Assembly (NCBI RefSeq): GCF_009914755.1 | Contig: NC_060931.1 | Strand: one strand, 5' to 3' | Origin: the human T2T-CHM13v2.0 reference genome, Homo sapiens | Length of the DNA: 64,000 bases | Shown: positions 13,146 through 24,455 of the stretch, piece by piece | Layout of the letters: every line of letters starts with the position of its first letter | Numbering within the stretch: the stretch's first letter is position 1 | Program-made: the position numbers and the translations under genes | Notes under the pieces: generated by a model | The model's database searches: none | The model's input: only the letters and a program-made list of their open reading frames with translations | What the model was told of the DNA's origin: nothing

Positions 13146-15457
13146 TGTATTAGTCTCTTTTCACACTGCTGATAAAGACATATTCATGACTGAGCAATTT
13201 ACAAAAGAAAGAGGTTTAATGGACTTACAGTTCCACATGGCTGGGGAAGTCTCACAATCATGGTGGAAGGAAAGGAGGAGCAAGTCACATCTTACATGGA
13301 TGGTGGCAGGAAAAGAGAGAGAACTTGTGCAGGGAAACTCCCATTTTTAAAACCATCAGATCTCATGAGACTTATTCACTATCATGAGAACAGCACAGGA
13401 AAGACCCATGCCCAAGATTCAATTACCTCCCACCAGATTCCTTCCCTGACTCGTGGGAAGTGTGGGAGTTACAATTCAAAGTGAGAGTTGGGTGGGGACA
13501 CAGCCAAACCATATCATTCCTTGTCTGGCCCCTTCCAAATCTCATGACATCACATTTCAAAACCAATCATGCCTTCCCAACAGTCCCCCAAAGTCTTAAC
13601 TCATTTCAGCATTAACTCAAAAGTCCATAGTCCAACGTCTCATCTGAGACAAGGCAAGTCCTTTCTGCTCATGAGCCTGTAAAATCAAAAGCAAGTTAGT
13701 TACTTCCTAGACACAATGGGCGTACAGGCATTGGGTTACTAGAGCTGTTCCAAATAAGAGAAATTGTCAAAATAAAGGGGCTAAAGTCCCCATGCAAGTC
13801 CAAAATCCAGCAAGGCAGTCAAATCTTAAAGCTCCAAAATGTGTCCTTTGACTTCATGTCTCATATCCAGATCATGCAGATGCAAGAGGTGGGCCCCCAT
13901 GGCCTTGGGCAGCTCTGCCCCTGTGGCTTTGCAAGGTATAGCCCCCTTCCTGGCTGCTTTCAAGAGCTGGTGTTGAGTCTGTGGCCTTTCCAGGCACACA
14001 GTGCAAGCTGTAGGTGGATCTACCATTCTGGAGTCTGGAGGATGGTGGCCCTCCTCTCACAGCTCCACTAGGCAGTGCCCCAGTAGAGACTCTGTGTGGG
14101 GCCTCTGACCCCACATTTCCCTTCTGCACTGCCCTAGCAGAGGCTCTTCATGAGGGTCCCATCTCTGCAGCAAACATCTGCCTGGGCATCCATGCATTTC
14201 CATACATCCTCTGAAATCCAGGTGGAGGTTCCCAAACCTCAATTATTGACTTATGTGCACCCACAGGCTCAATACCACATGGAAGCTGCCAAGACTTGGG
14301 GCTTCTGTTCTCTAAAGCAGCAGTCCAAGCTGTATCTTGCCCCCTTTTAGTCACAGCTGAAGGGACTGGGACACAGGGCACCAAGTCTCTAGACTGCACA
14401 TAGCAGAGGGACCCTGAGCCCGACCCATGAAATGATTTTTTCCTCCCTAAACCTCCAGGCCTGTGATGGGAGGGGCTGCCGCAAAGTTCTGACATGCCCT
14501 GGAGACATTTTCCCCATTGTCTTGATGATTAACATTTGGATCCTTGTTACTTATGCAAATTTCTGTAGCAGGCTTGAGTATCTCCTAAGAAAATGGGATT
14601 TTCTTTTCTATCACATTGTCAGGTTGTAAATTTTCCCAACTTTTATGCTCCGTTTCCCTTTAAAAGCTGAATGCCTTTAACAGCACGCATTCACCCCTCA
14701 AATGCTTTTCTGCTTAGAAATTGCTTCTGCCAGATACCCTAAATCACCTATCTGAAGTTCGAAGTTTCACAAATCTCTAGGGCAGGGGCAAAATGCCACC
14801 CGTCTCTGCTAAAACATAACAAGAGTCACCTTTGCTCCAGTTCCCAGCAAGTTCCTCATCTCCATCTGAGACCACCTCAGCCTGGATTTCATTGTCCATA
14901 TCGTTATCAACATTTTGGTCAAAGCCATTCAACAAGTCTCTAAGGAGTTCCGAACTTTCCCACATTTTCCTATCTTCTTCTGAGCCCTCCAAACTGTTCC
15001 AACCTCTGCCGTCACCAGTTCCAATGTTGCTTCCACATTTTCAGGATTCTTTTCAGCAGCACCTCACTCTACTGGTACCAGTTTACTGTATTAGTCTATT
15101 TTCATGCTGCTGATAAAAACATACTCGAGACTGGGCAATTTACCAAAGAAAGAGGTTTAATGGACTTACAGTTCCATGTGGCTAGGTAAGTCTCACAATC
15201 ATGGTGGAAGGCAAGGAGGAGCAAGTCACATCTTATGTGGATGGTGGCAGGCAAAGAGAGAGAACTTGTGCAGGGAAACTCCCATTTTTAAAACCATCAG
15301 ATCTCGTGAGACGTATTCACCATCACGGGAATATCACAGGAAAGACCCACCCCCATGACTCAATTACCTCCCACTCGGTTTGTCCCATGACACATGGAAA
15401 TTGTGGGAGTTACAATTCAAGATGAGAGTTGGATGGGCACACAGCCAAACCATATCA
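13146..15457 (-). mobile_element. Full-length THE1C provirus (LTR 13146-13516, internal 13517-15086, LTR 15087-15457)
   Basis: Two 371-bp LTRs (tgtattagtc...ccatatca), about 1.57-kb THE1 internal region, perfect TSD GTCCT (13141-13145 and 15458-15462). Confidence 0.96.
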
Positions 15458-15851
15458 GTCCTTTACAGCAAAAGGACCCACTCTGGGATCACATGTCACA
15501 CCCTGTTTTTCTGATTCTCCAGTCTCTAACCATCATAATTATATCTTCACTTTAGTAATTTCTTCACTTTCACAACCTTCTCATTCTTGAATATTCTATC
15601 CCAGTCATTTGTCGCTTGTCCTGAAATTGGATTAGTTTGATGTTATACCCAGCCTTGTATTTTTGACAGGTGTCTTACACACCATGCTTTATTCTTCTCA
15701 TTGAATCTCATCAGGTGGCCCCCCAGTATCAATTGGTCCTGTTACTCATGGTGATAACATTGATCACTTGATTATAAAGGTATCTGCCTGGTTTCTCCAA
15801 TGTAAAGTGACTGCTCTCCCCTTTGAAATTAATAAACATATATATTTTTAA

Positions 15852-16089
15852 TATTGGGGTACTTGGTGTATATATTTATGAGGTACATAAGAGGTTTTGA
15901 TACAAGCATTCAATAATGGGGATTGGGGTATCCATCTCAAACATTTATCCTGTGAGTTACAAACAATCCAATTACATTGTTTGTTATTTTAAAATATACG
16001 ATTATTATTGATTATATTTACCCTATTGTGCTATCATATAGTAGGTCTCGTTCATTAGATGGGGGTGGTTTATGAGTTTTTTAAAAAAC
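15852..16089 (-). mobile_element. L1MA1/2-like 3' end with short 5' inversion
   Basis: Antisense 3'UTR to about 16057, then sense agatgggggtggtttatgag; candidate TSD TATATTTTTAA (15841-15851 and 16090-16100). Confidence 0.75.
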
Positions 16090-16802
16090 TATATTTTTAA
16101 GGAGATAGTTTGAGGCTATGTTCTGCTTCCAACTTTCACCCACTTATTTGAGCACCTATTGATATGCCTTGCCTGAATTAATTATTAACATGATGGTTTC
16201 CAAATGGTGACTTTCTTCTTCCTACATTCCTGTTACATGTATTACTTAGTGTAGTGCTATTGGAGGAGCTTTCTATTTTCCCTGTGTATTTATTCACTTT
16301 TAGACAGGCAGACTCTTGGATTCCTACTTTATTCAGTAGGATATGATCTGTAGCTTCCTCTTTTTTTCTCCTCCCTTTTTTATTTTGATATTCAAAATCT
16401 CTTTTTGATACTCAAATTATTTATTTTGTATGCAAATTGCCCTTAATTTGAGGAGCAGATGCCATTTCAGGCTGGCTCCTGTGTCATTCTGACATGACCC
16501 CATCATTCTTTGGGCACTTCATTACTTTTTGGTGTGGCAAAATGTTCCAGATTCTTACTGTACTTTCCCTAACACAGCTTAGAATCAGTCATTTCTCCAA
16601 GGAGTCTTGGTTTTGCCCAGCATAGAAACCAGGATCTGGGAAACAGAACTATTCATTGCTTTGAGAGTGACCCTGTACGTAGGCTGTCTTCAGTGGATGA
16701 TAGGAACCATCTGTATATTGACCAAATATACAATTTCATTCATACTTATTTCTGTATCTATCTACATATAGTGAAAACCACAAATTTACACTAATTGATT
16801 AA

Positions 16803-17121
<319 letters not shown>

Positions 17122-17398
17122 ACATTCTTTCTTATGTTTCATATGTGTACCCTCTTTCTTTGACGTTGGGAATTTGACTCTCACTATCCTCCATGTATTT
17201 ACTTATTTGCCCAATCAACCTGTACTGTAACCAATCTCCCAGCCACATGGGGTGGAGATCCTGTGTGGACATCCTCTGTGCACAGGTCCTGGACACCACT
17301 AGACTCTCTTCCCCTGGACTACTCTATCTTCCTGCCTGCTGGGACCCTAGTTTTTATGAGGCTGTTTTCCTGCCCCTGCTCAATGGGTTTTTGACTAA

Positions 17399-17492
17399 GT
17401 TATTCAGGAAGGTTGAGTAAACAGTAGAGATTAGTAGACATTTTGTTATTCAGGAAGGTTGAGTAAACAGTAGAGACTAGTAGATATTTTGT
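17399..17492. repeat. 46-bp tandem duplication, 2 copies
   Basis: gttattcaggaaggttgagtaaacagtagagaYtagtagaYatttt twice, 2 mismatches. Confidence 0.95.
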
Positions 17493-18569
17493 GCAATCTG
17501 CCAAGATCAAATTGAAAGGAAGACAGTAGGTGGTTTTAAACATCCTTAAAGCATTCCACCAGCCTCCCTTGGACCTCCCAACCTTCCCAACTTTAAAAAA
17601 GGCAGAGAGAAGCTTTATATGCACTTGGTTTTAAACATGTCAATTTTTCAACCTTGTTGTCTACCGTTTGCTTTTTCTGTCCCATCAGATGAACATTATA
17701 ACTTACAACAATTTAGGTTGCCATTTTAATGTCAAAACAAATATCAGCAAGTTTTTCACTGATGTATTTCTGAATTAAAATTTTAAAACCTTGAAAATGC
17801 TTGTGTTTTCTTTGTCAGCAAGAATAGCAATATACTGAGTGGACTTCAAATCAAGTATGAAGTTTTTATATGCAAGTCTTGAAACAGAAATTTCAGACAT
17901 GCCAGTGAAGTAATATAATTACAATGTTCCTGGAAAGAAGAAAGGTTTCCAGTGCATGGAAAGTAAGATGCAATTGAGACTGACAAGATTACAATTCACT
18001 GTGGGTGTTTTAACACATTGTCAGATTGTAGAAACCAGTTACAATGACCCATGTATAGACATTGTATTTTTTATTCCAAATTCATAGAAATTCAAAGATA
18101 TAACAAAAATATGCAAAAATTTTAACTTTATATTTTTACTAACTTGACAATTCGTTACATTCACTTTATTTCCATTTTATAGCTATTCATTTCTGACCCT
18201 CAAAATGCCAGCTGCAAATTTATATTACCAAAAAATCCCACTGTTAATCTAAGTAGGTTAAATCCTGAGCTTTGGAGTAGTCACTGAAGGTATCACAAAC
18301 ACTAATACACTAGTATTTTTACTGAAATTTCATTTGTTCATAAAGAGAACAAACACAGAAAATAAATAATAGGTTCTCCTCTGTTTCTAAGGGAGTTAAA
18401 CCAGCAGGAGGTTCAGTATCAGAGATCCAACATCTTTAGCTCATTGTTGACTAAGGGAACTGTCAATATTCCACCAGTTACATAATGTTTCACAGGTGTG
18501 AGTAATCTTCAGGTTCTAATTATTAAAACTGATTTGAGATTATAATAGCAGGATGTGTTTGTTATACTT

Positions 18570-19125
18570 TGTATTAGTTATATATTGCTGCATAGTGCAT
18601 TGCCTCAAAACTCAGTGGCTCAATGTAGTAATAATTTATTATCTCTTACTTTTCTGTAAGAGGCCAGTAATTTAGGAGCAGCTTGGCTGGGCAGTTCTGA
18701 CTTGATATTTCTTATAAGGCTGCAGATACATGTTTCCTAGAGCCACAATCAGCTGATGACTTGACTAGGATTAGAGGCTCCATTTCAAGATAGCAGACTC
18801 ACATGGCTAGCAAGCTGCTGCTGGAACTTGGTAATAGGCTTTAGTTCTCCTCCTAGGTGCCTCTCCATCTTACTACTTGAGGGTTTCCATGGCTTTTAGG
18901 CTGGCTTCCCTGGAGTAAGGGATCAAAAGACCAAGGTGCAGCCTCTAATGCCTTTATACTTAACCTTGGAAATCATATCACCTTGTTACTACTGCAACAT
19001 TCTGTGTCACACGGAGCAGCACTGATTGTGTGGGAGGGAACTATACAGGCCGTAAATATTAGGAGGTATTTAAAATAACATAATTATAATGTGAAGATTT
19101 ATGGCCATCTTGGAGATTGATTGCC
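18570..19125 (-). mobile_element. MLT1 (F/G-like) LTR
   Basis: tgtattagttatatattgctgcata...aaaactcagtggctcaa...ggctcc...caagat...ctcacatggct. Confidence 0.75.
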
Positions 19126-20572
19126 GGTGTTCACCCTACAGCCCACAGAGATACATATCTTTTTCCACACACGAAGTACACCCAACCTCCTCTAAAAGCC
19201 ATCCAAAGTCTCATTCCACTAGGCCATCTGCTCAAATTCCAGGACCTCATTGTCTAAGTCAAGTCAATCCAAAATGAATCTCAGAGAGTCCAAGAGAAAA
19301 TGAAGCTGTTTAGGTATAGTCACTCAAGTACCACTTCCCAAGTACAGTTGTCAATCTTAAGACCTGTAAACAAGTTTTGTGCCATCCTCACACCACATAT
19401 ACAATGGTAGATTATGCACAGAGAAACCAAATTAGACTCTCTGGTTCAAAAGTGGAGAAAATAAGAGAGACAAGTCACTGGTCCACAGCAGTTTTGCAAT
19501 CCAGTCAGGCACATGCTGGTCATTCTTGATTAGAACTCAGTCATGCTGTTTCCCGGACATGATTCTCCATGGCTCTTGGCTCTGCCCTCTGTGTTAGTTC
19601 TGCCACTGTAAGTCATCCTTTTTTTATGTATATAGAGGTTGTCTATGTTTACAGCTGCATAGACTCCTGACCATAAAGTTTGGAAGTCAAAGGCCTGTTT
19701 CTATTTTGTCCCAACTCTGTCCCTTTCAGTACAAGCTGGTGGTGTTACCTCCAATATAGTTATCTTAAAAATGAATGGGTTTTCTATGAATTTTATTCAG
19801 GTTTACTCCACTTAATAAAAGGCACATCCACAATTATATAAAGATAAGCTCCCCCTTACCCCTTGAGCTTCTGTAGATCTACAGAAGGAAAATGCTTTTA
19901 AGATAATTAGAATCCCTATTGTTTAACTGAAAAGACCTGTAAAGCATAAAAATAAGCTCTTTAGAGGGTCTTCTGTCTCATGGAGTGTCTCCCTGAGGAA
20001 TACCTAATAATTTTCTTGGGTCTTTATGTAGATTTTATAGTCACGCTTCCTTGTCATCCTTAGATCATGTTTTCCTGGAATTTGATCTTTGCTTAGAAAT
20101 GTGATTTCTTAATGTTTGCATTGTTCACCATCTGGAGAGATTGGAATTGAAAGAGCATTTTACTTTAAAATTCAGTAATGCCTGGCTTCTTCATTTGTAA
20201 TAGTTCTTCTTTAGCTTTTTCTCTCCCATTTTCTTTTTCTTTTACTATAAACAGAAGATGCCCGATGGCTCCTTCAATACTCTACCTGGAAATGTCCTTA
20301 GCTAGATTATACAATTTCATTTAACTGTATCTTTTTCTTTTCCATATTATCACAAGAAACAATGTTGCTAAACTTTCCACCAGAACATAGCAAAGATCTA
20401 ATTTTCTCTAATTTCTGATGACACTTTTCTCACCTTCCTTTAAGTCATTACAGCTCCTCAAGAGCCATCACGCTTCTTTTAAGGCCTGTCCCGCTAACTT
20501 GCATATTCCTGTCCCTAAATTACTGCCACATTTTCAGGTTTCTGTTATAATTCTCTGCCAGTATCAAATTCT
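19126..20572 (-). mobile_element. MLT1 internal region
   Basis: MaLR internal motifs (ccaaagtctcattcc, aatccagtcaggcacatg, ctgccacattttcaggt...gtatcaaattc). Confidence 0.65.
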
Positions 20573-20591
20573 TTTTTTTTTGGTACTAAAG

Positions 20592-21153
20592 TATTTTATT
20601 CTATTTTATTTTATTTTTAATTTTTATTTCCATAGGTTTTTGGGGGAACAGGTGGTATTTGGCTACATGAGTAAGTTCTTTCGTGGTGATTTATGAGATT
20701 TTGGTGCACCCATCACCTTAGCGGTATACACTGAACCCAATTTGTCTTTTATCCTTCACCCCTCTCCCACCTTTCTTCCCTGAGTCCGCAAAGTCCATTG
20801 TATCATTTTTATGCCTTTGCATTCTCATAGCTTAACTCCCACTTATGAGTGAGAACATACGATGTTTGGTTTTCTATTCCTGAGTTACTTCACTTAGGAT
20901 AATAGTCTCTAGTCCCATCTGGATTGCTGTGAATGCCATTAATTCATTTAATTTTATGACTGAGTAGTATTCCATTGTGTATATGTATAAAAAAGCCACA
21001 TATTCATGGCAGCACAATTCACAATTGCAAAAATGTGGAACCAGCTCAAATGCTCATCAATCAACGAGTGGATAAACTATGGTATATATACAATGGAATA
21101 CTACTCAGCCATAAAAAGTAGTGAATTAATGGCATTTACAGCAACCTGGATGG
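20592..21153 (-). mobile_element. L1PB1-like 3' end with inverted, partly duplicated 5' segment
   Basis: Antisense 3'UTR (ggtttttgggggaacaggtggtatttgg) to about 20988; sense L1 sequence about 20995-21153. Confidence 0.85.
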
Positions 21154-22267
21154 CATGTCCAGACATCACATTCTTTATTTGATATCTATTGTTGCATTAT
21201 GTGTCACCTTAAAATTAATTTCAAACAATGATGAATATTCATTACCTCTCCTGGGCCACTCCAGAAGACAGTGTATGACATGGTGATGACTTGCCACGAA
21301 GTAAGTGATCTCAGAGACCAAGTTGCAGAGTTTTCTATTGTTCACAGAAGTCAGGCCTAATTGATTATAGAAGGGGACAACAAAAGGGTGTGAAGTCAGG
21401 AGCCAAAGATTAACGATGTCCATCTTGGAATATTATGGAGAGAAAAAAATTAATGAATATGTAGTATTTTGTCCTATAATTATCTTCTCCTAGAATATAT
21501 CTCCTATTGGAAAATAAAAGGACTTAACCACTTCAAACTTCAAAATTACCAAGATCAAACAGAACATTGTTATAAGCGAATGATGAATTCTTGTTTTACA
21601 ACCTTAATTATACCCAATTTGTAGTAATCGGTATTTATGCAGCTGCTGTGCTTCAGAGCAGCTTTTATTTTCACACATACATCCATTCATTTTGAAATCT
21701 TTCAAAGCTAGTGTGGATATGGTGAGACTCCCAATTATTCAAAAAAAAAAAAAAAACAGAAACAAATGACAGTCTTCTTAAGAGTGGTCAGTAAGTTACA
21801 ACTGGGTGTTTTCTCTCTGCTAAGTTTAGACATTACACTCTATTCAATTTTATCTTGATTAAACAATTGAAAATCATGTGTGCACGCAACTGGTATAAAC
21901 AGATCATTTACCTAATATCAGCATTTTTCTGAAGGGACTAAGTCAATGCGAATGAAAAAAATGTGGTTGACTAGAAAATACACATACACACACACACGAG
22001 CCATATATTAACATTAAAGTAGAGCCTTACGTGGATTTTTTTTAAGTCAAGAAGTTAATTCAAATACAATCTTATTTTTATACAGTACTGTGTTAATAGG
22101 AAATAATATATACCTTTGTGATTAATCCTTATAGGAGATTCAAATGACAGTTATTGGACTTTAAATATTGTAATCCATTAATGAAGAGAAAAAGAAGATT
22201 TCTGCTCTACTAAAATACTATCCTTGGTCAAAAAGAATAGGATATTTTGAAAATGTCACTTAATAAC

Positions 22268-22619
22268 TGGTATGGTTTGGCTGTGTCTCCACCCAAATCT
22301 CATCTTGAATTGTAGTTCCCATAATCCCTGTATGTCATGGGAGAGACCCACTGGGAGGTAATTCTATCATTTCATAATAGTGAGTGAGTTCTCATGAGAT
22401 CTGATGGTTTTATAAGAGTCTTTTTCCCCACTTTGCCTGACACTTCTCCTTGCTGCTGCCCTGTGAAGAAGGATGTGCTTGCTTTCCTTTCTACCCTGAT
22501 TATAAGTTTCCTGAGCCCTCCCCAGATATTCTCAACTGTGAGTCAATTAAACCTCTTTTCTTTATAAATTACCCAGTCTTGGCATGTCTTTTTTAACAAC
22601 ATGAGAACAGACTAATATA
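22268..22619 (+). mobile_element. THE1B-like solo LTR
   Basis: tggtatggtttggctgtgtctccacccaaatctc...gtcaattaaacctc...agactaatata. Confidence 0.92.
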
Positions 22620-23062
22620 ATGGCCATTTTTTGTTTTTATTGAAAATTCACTTTTATCCATTTAATGGAACTTTGGTTCCATCCCATTTTATATAAATTG
22701 TTTGTTGTTACAGATATAATATTAGATGAAGTGAATGTGTCAATAACTTCAGATTTGCAAGCAGACAAATTAGTACAGTTTAAATTTGCCCAGTAGGCAG
22801 ATTTGGTATGGTGAACCATATGAAAAGTAGAAGCTCTGGGGACTTTCTGGAGATACTTAATGGGATTGAAAAATATCATTTTCTTATGGCCTACAAATTT
22901 TCCATCCATAATGGGTGTTTCTATCCAATTATGCATGTTTCTCTTAAAAAGATATAATAGTAATTGATTGGTGGTGATCTCTTAAAGTTATTTAGCAATA
23001 AACTCTTAATGTCTGATTTCAAGGTTGGTGTGGGCATTCTATTTCCTAATAGAATCAACAGT

Positions 23063-23064
<2 letters not shown>

Positions 23065-23109
<45 letters not shown>
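23065..23109. repeat. (TG)n microsatellite, about 22 units
   Basis: Perfect TG run. Confidence 0.97.
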
Positions 23110-23111
<2 letters not shown>

Positions 23112-23163
23112 ACTCTTGTTATTTACTCTTTTAATTTTAGTTCTATCTGTTATTATTTACTAG

Positions 23164-23227
23164 TATATATACCATATTATGGTATTTTATATATACCATA
23201 TTATGGTATTTTATTTATACCATATTA
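23164..23227. repeat. 24-bp tandem repeat (about 2.7 copies) with palindromic unit
   Basis: tatatataccatattatggtattt x2.7. Confidence 0.9.
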
Positions 23228-23869
23228 GATAGTTTGTAGAAGATGTATATTCAAAGTAGGGTGGCTGACCCTTATGCCTAAATTTATTTGCTTCTAATGT
23301 TCCCTTAGATTTTATAAATTAAAAAAAGGCATCTATAATGCAAATATCTCTTTGTAATGAGTTACACACTAATCTACTTTATTTCATAATAGTAAGTTTG
23401 GCTTATTTGACATCTGAATAACAGGCAATAGGGAATTAAGAAAATAGAAATAAATATCAAAGAAACAAGAAGAAGAAAGTTGGATAGTTGGGAAAGTTCT
23501 AAAGTTTTGTGTCCTAATCTCTGAGGGCTGGCTCAGCAGAGAAAGAATAACAGTGAGTCTTTGACAGCAGAGGGACAGAAAGATGTGACAGTGAGAAAGA
23601 TGATGTCAAAAGAGAAAATTTGAGTGACAGTAGACCCCAGAGGCAAACATTTACCTGGTAACCCATTACAATTCAACCCTGACTTCTTCCTCTGTAATAA
23701 TCTCACTTTCTCAAAAAACTTCCTTTTTCTACACTGAATATAACATCAGCAAGGATTAAAGAAACAGTAGTTGGATGTGATGGCTGTGGCCAGGTAGAAT
23801 ACCCACAAGAATTTTAGTGAAGGTTATACTGTACACCAGATTTACATTCCCATTTCTTCTGTTTCACAG

Positions 23870-24041
23870 GTTTTCTGAACCAGATGAATAACTCAAGTCA
23901 CTCTGTCCTTCAGCCTTCATTCCAAGGATGCATGCAGCTCATTCAAGTGGACGATCAACTTGTAAATTTATACGAAGTGGCACAAAGGAAGCCGGGAAGT
24001 TTCGCGAATGTCAGCATTGACATGTGTGCAATCATAGACAG
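23870..24041 (+). CDS. CNTNAP2: Internal coding exon (exon 10) of contactin-associated protein-like 2 (CASPR2); C-terminal part of laminin-G domain 2, just before EGF-like domain 1
   Basis: Polypyrimidine acceptor catttcttctgtttcacag| and donor AG|gtaaat; 172 bp, phase 1 to phase 2. Translates as (G)[56 protein letters not shown](R), recognised as CASPR2. Contains the LamG-type FQGCM motif and the sequons NNS, NSS and NVS. Exon number is from memory. Confidence 0.97.
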
Positions 24042-24229
24042 GTAAATGATCTTTTCATCCTACCTCACGTTGTCCAAACTTTCCAAACCTGTGTTTCTGT
24101 TGTGAGACCAGTGAAACATCCCAAAAGAAAATTAAAGTTAAAAACAGGTAAGGTGGAAATTACCATTCAAAGTACGTATTGTAGTATACTTGTGATATTA
24201 GCAGTGATGATGTTTATGTTTTTATGTGG

Positions 24230-24455
24230 ATATATATATCATATATCTATCATGTATATCATATATAGCATATATATGCTATATATGAGATATATCCTAT
24301 ATGTGCTATATGAGATATATCATATATAACATATATACATATATATGTAGCATATATATGTATATATAGCATATATGAGATATATTGTATATATAGCATA
24401 TATATGATAAATATATATGAGATATATCATATATATATATAGCATATATATATAT
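24230..24455. repeat. Interrupted (TA)n low-complexity tract
   Basis: tatatagcatatatatg / atatatgagatatat units. Confidence 0.9.

Noticed and set aside
13129-15425. Cluster of overlapping 60-115 aa ORFs
   Set aside because: All lie in THE1C LTR or internal sequence; they are stop-interrupted MaLR remnants, and the duplicated peptides simply reflect the two LTRs
17399-23227. Short direct repeats (46 bp and palindromic 24 bp) superficially resembling a CRISPR array
   Set aside because: Head-to-tail with no spacers, only 2-3 copies, eukaryotic context and no cas genes
24024-24329. 101-aa ORF overlapping the exon end
   Set aside because: Different frame from CASPR2, non-ATG start, and runs into the TA repeat
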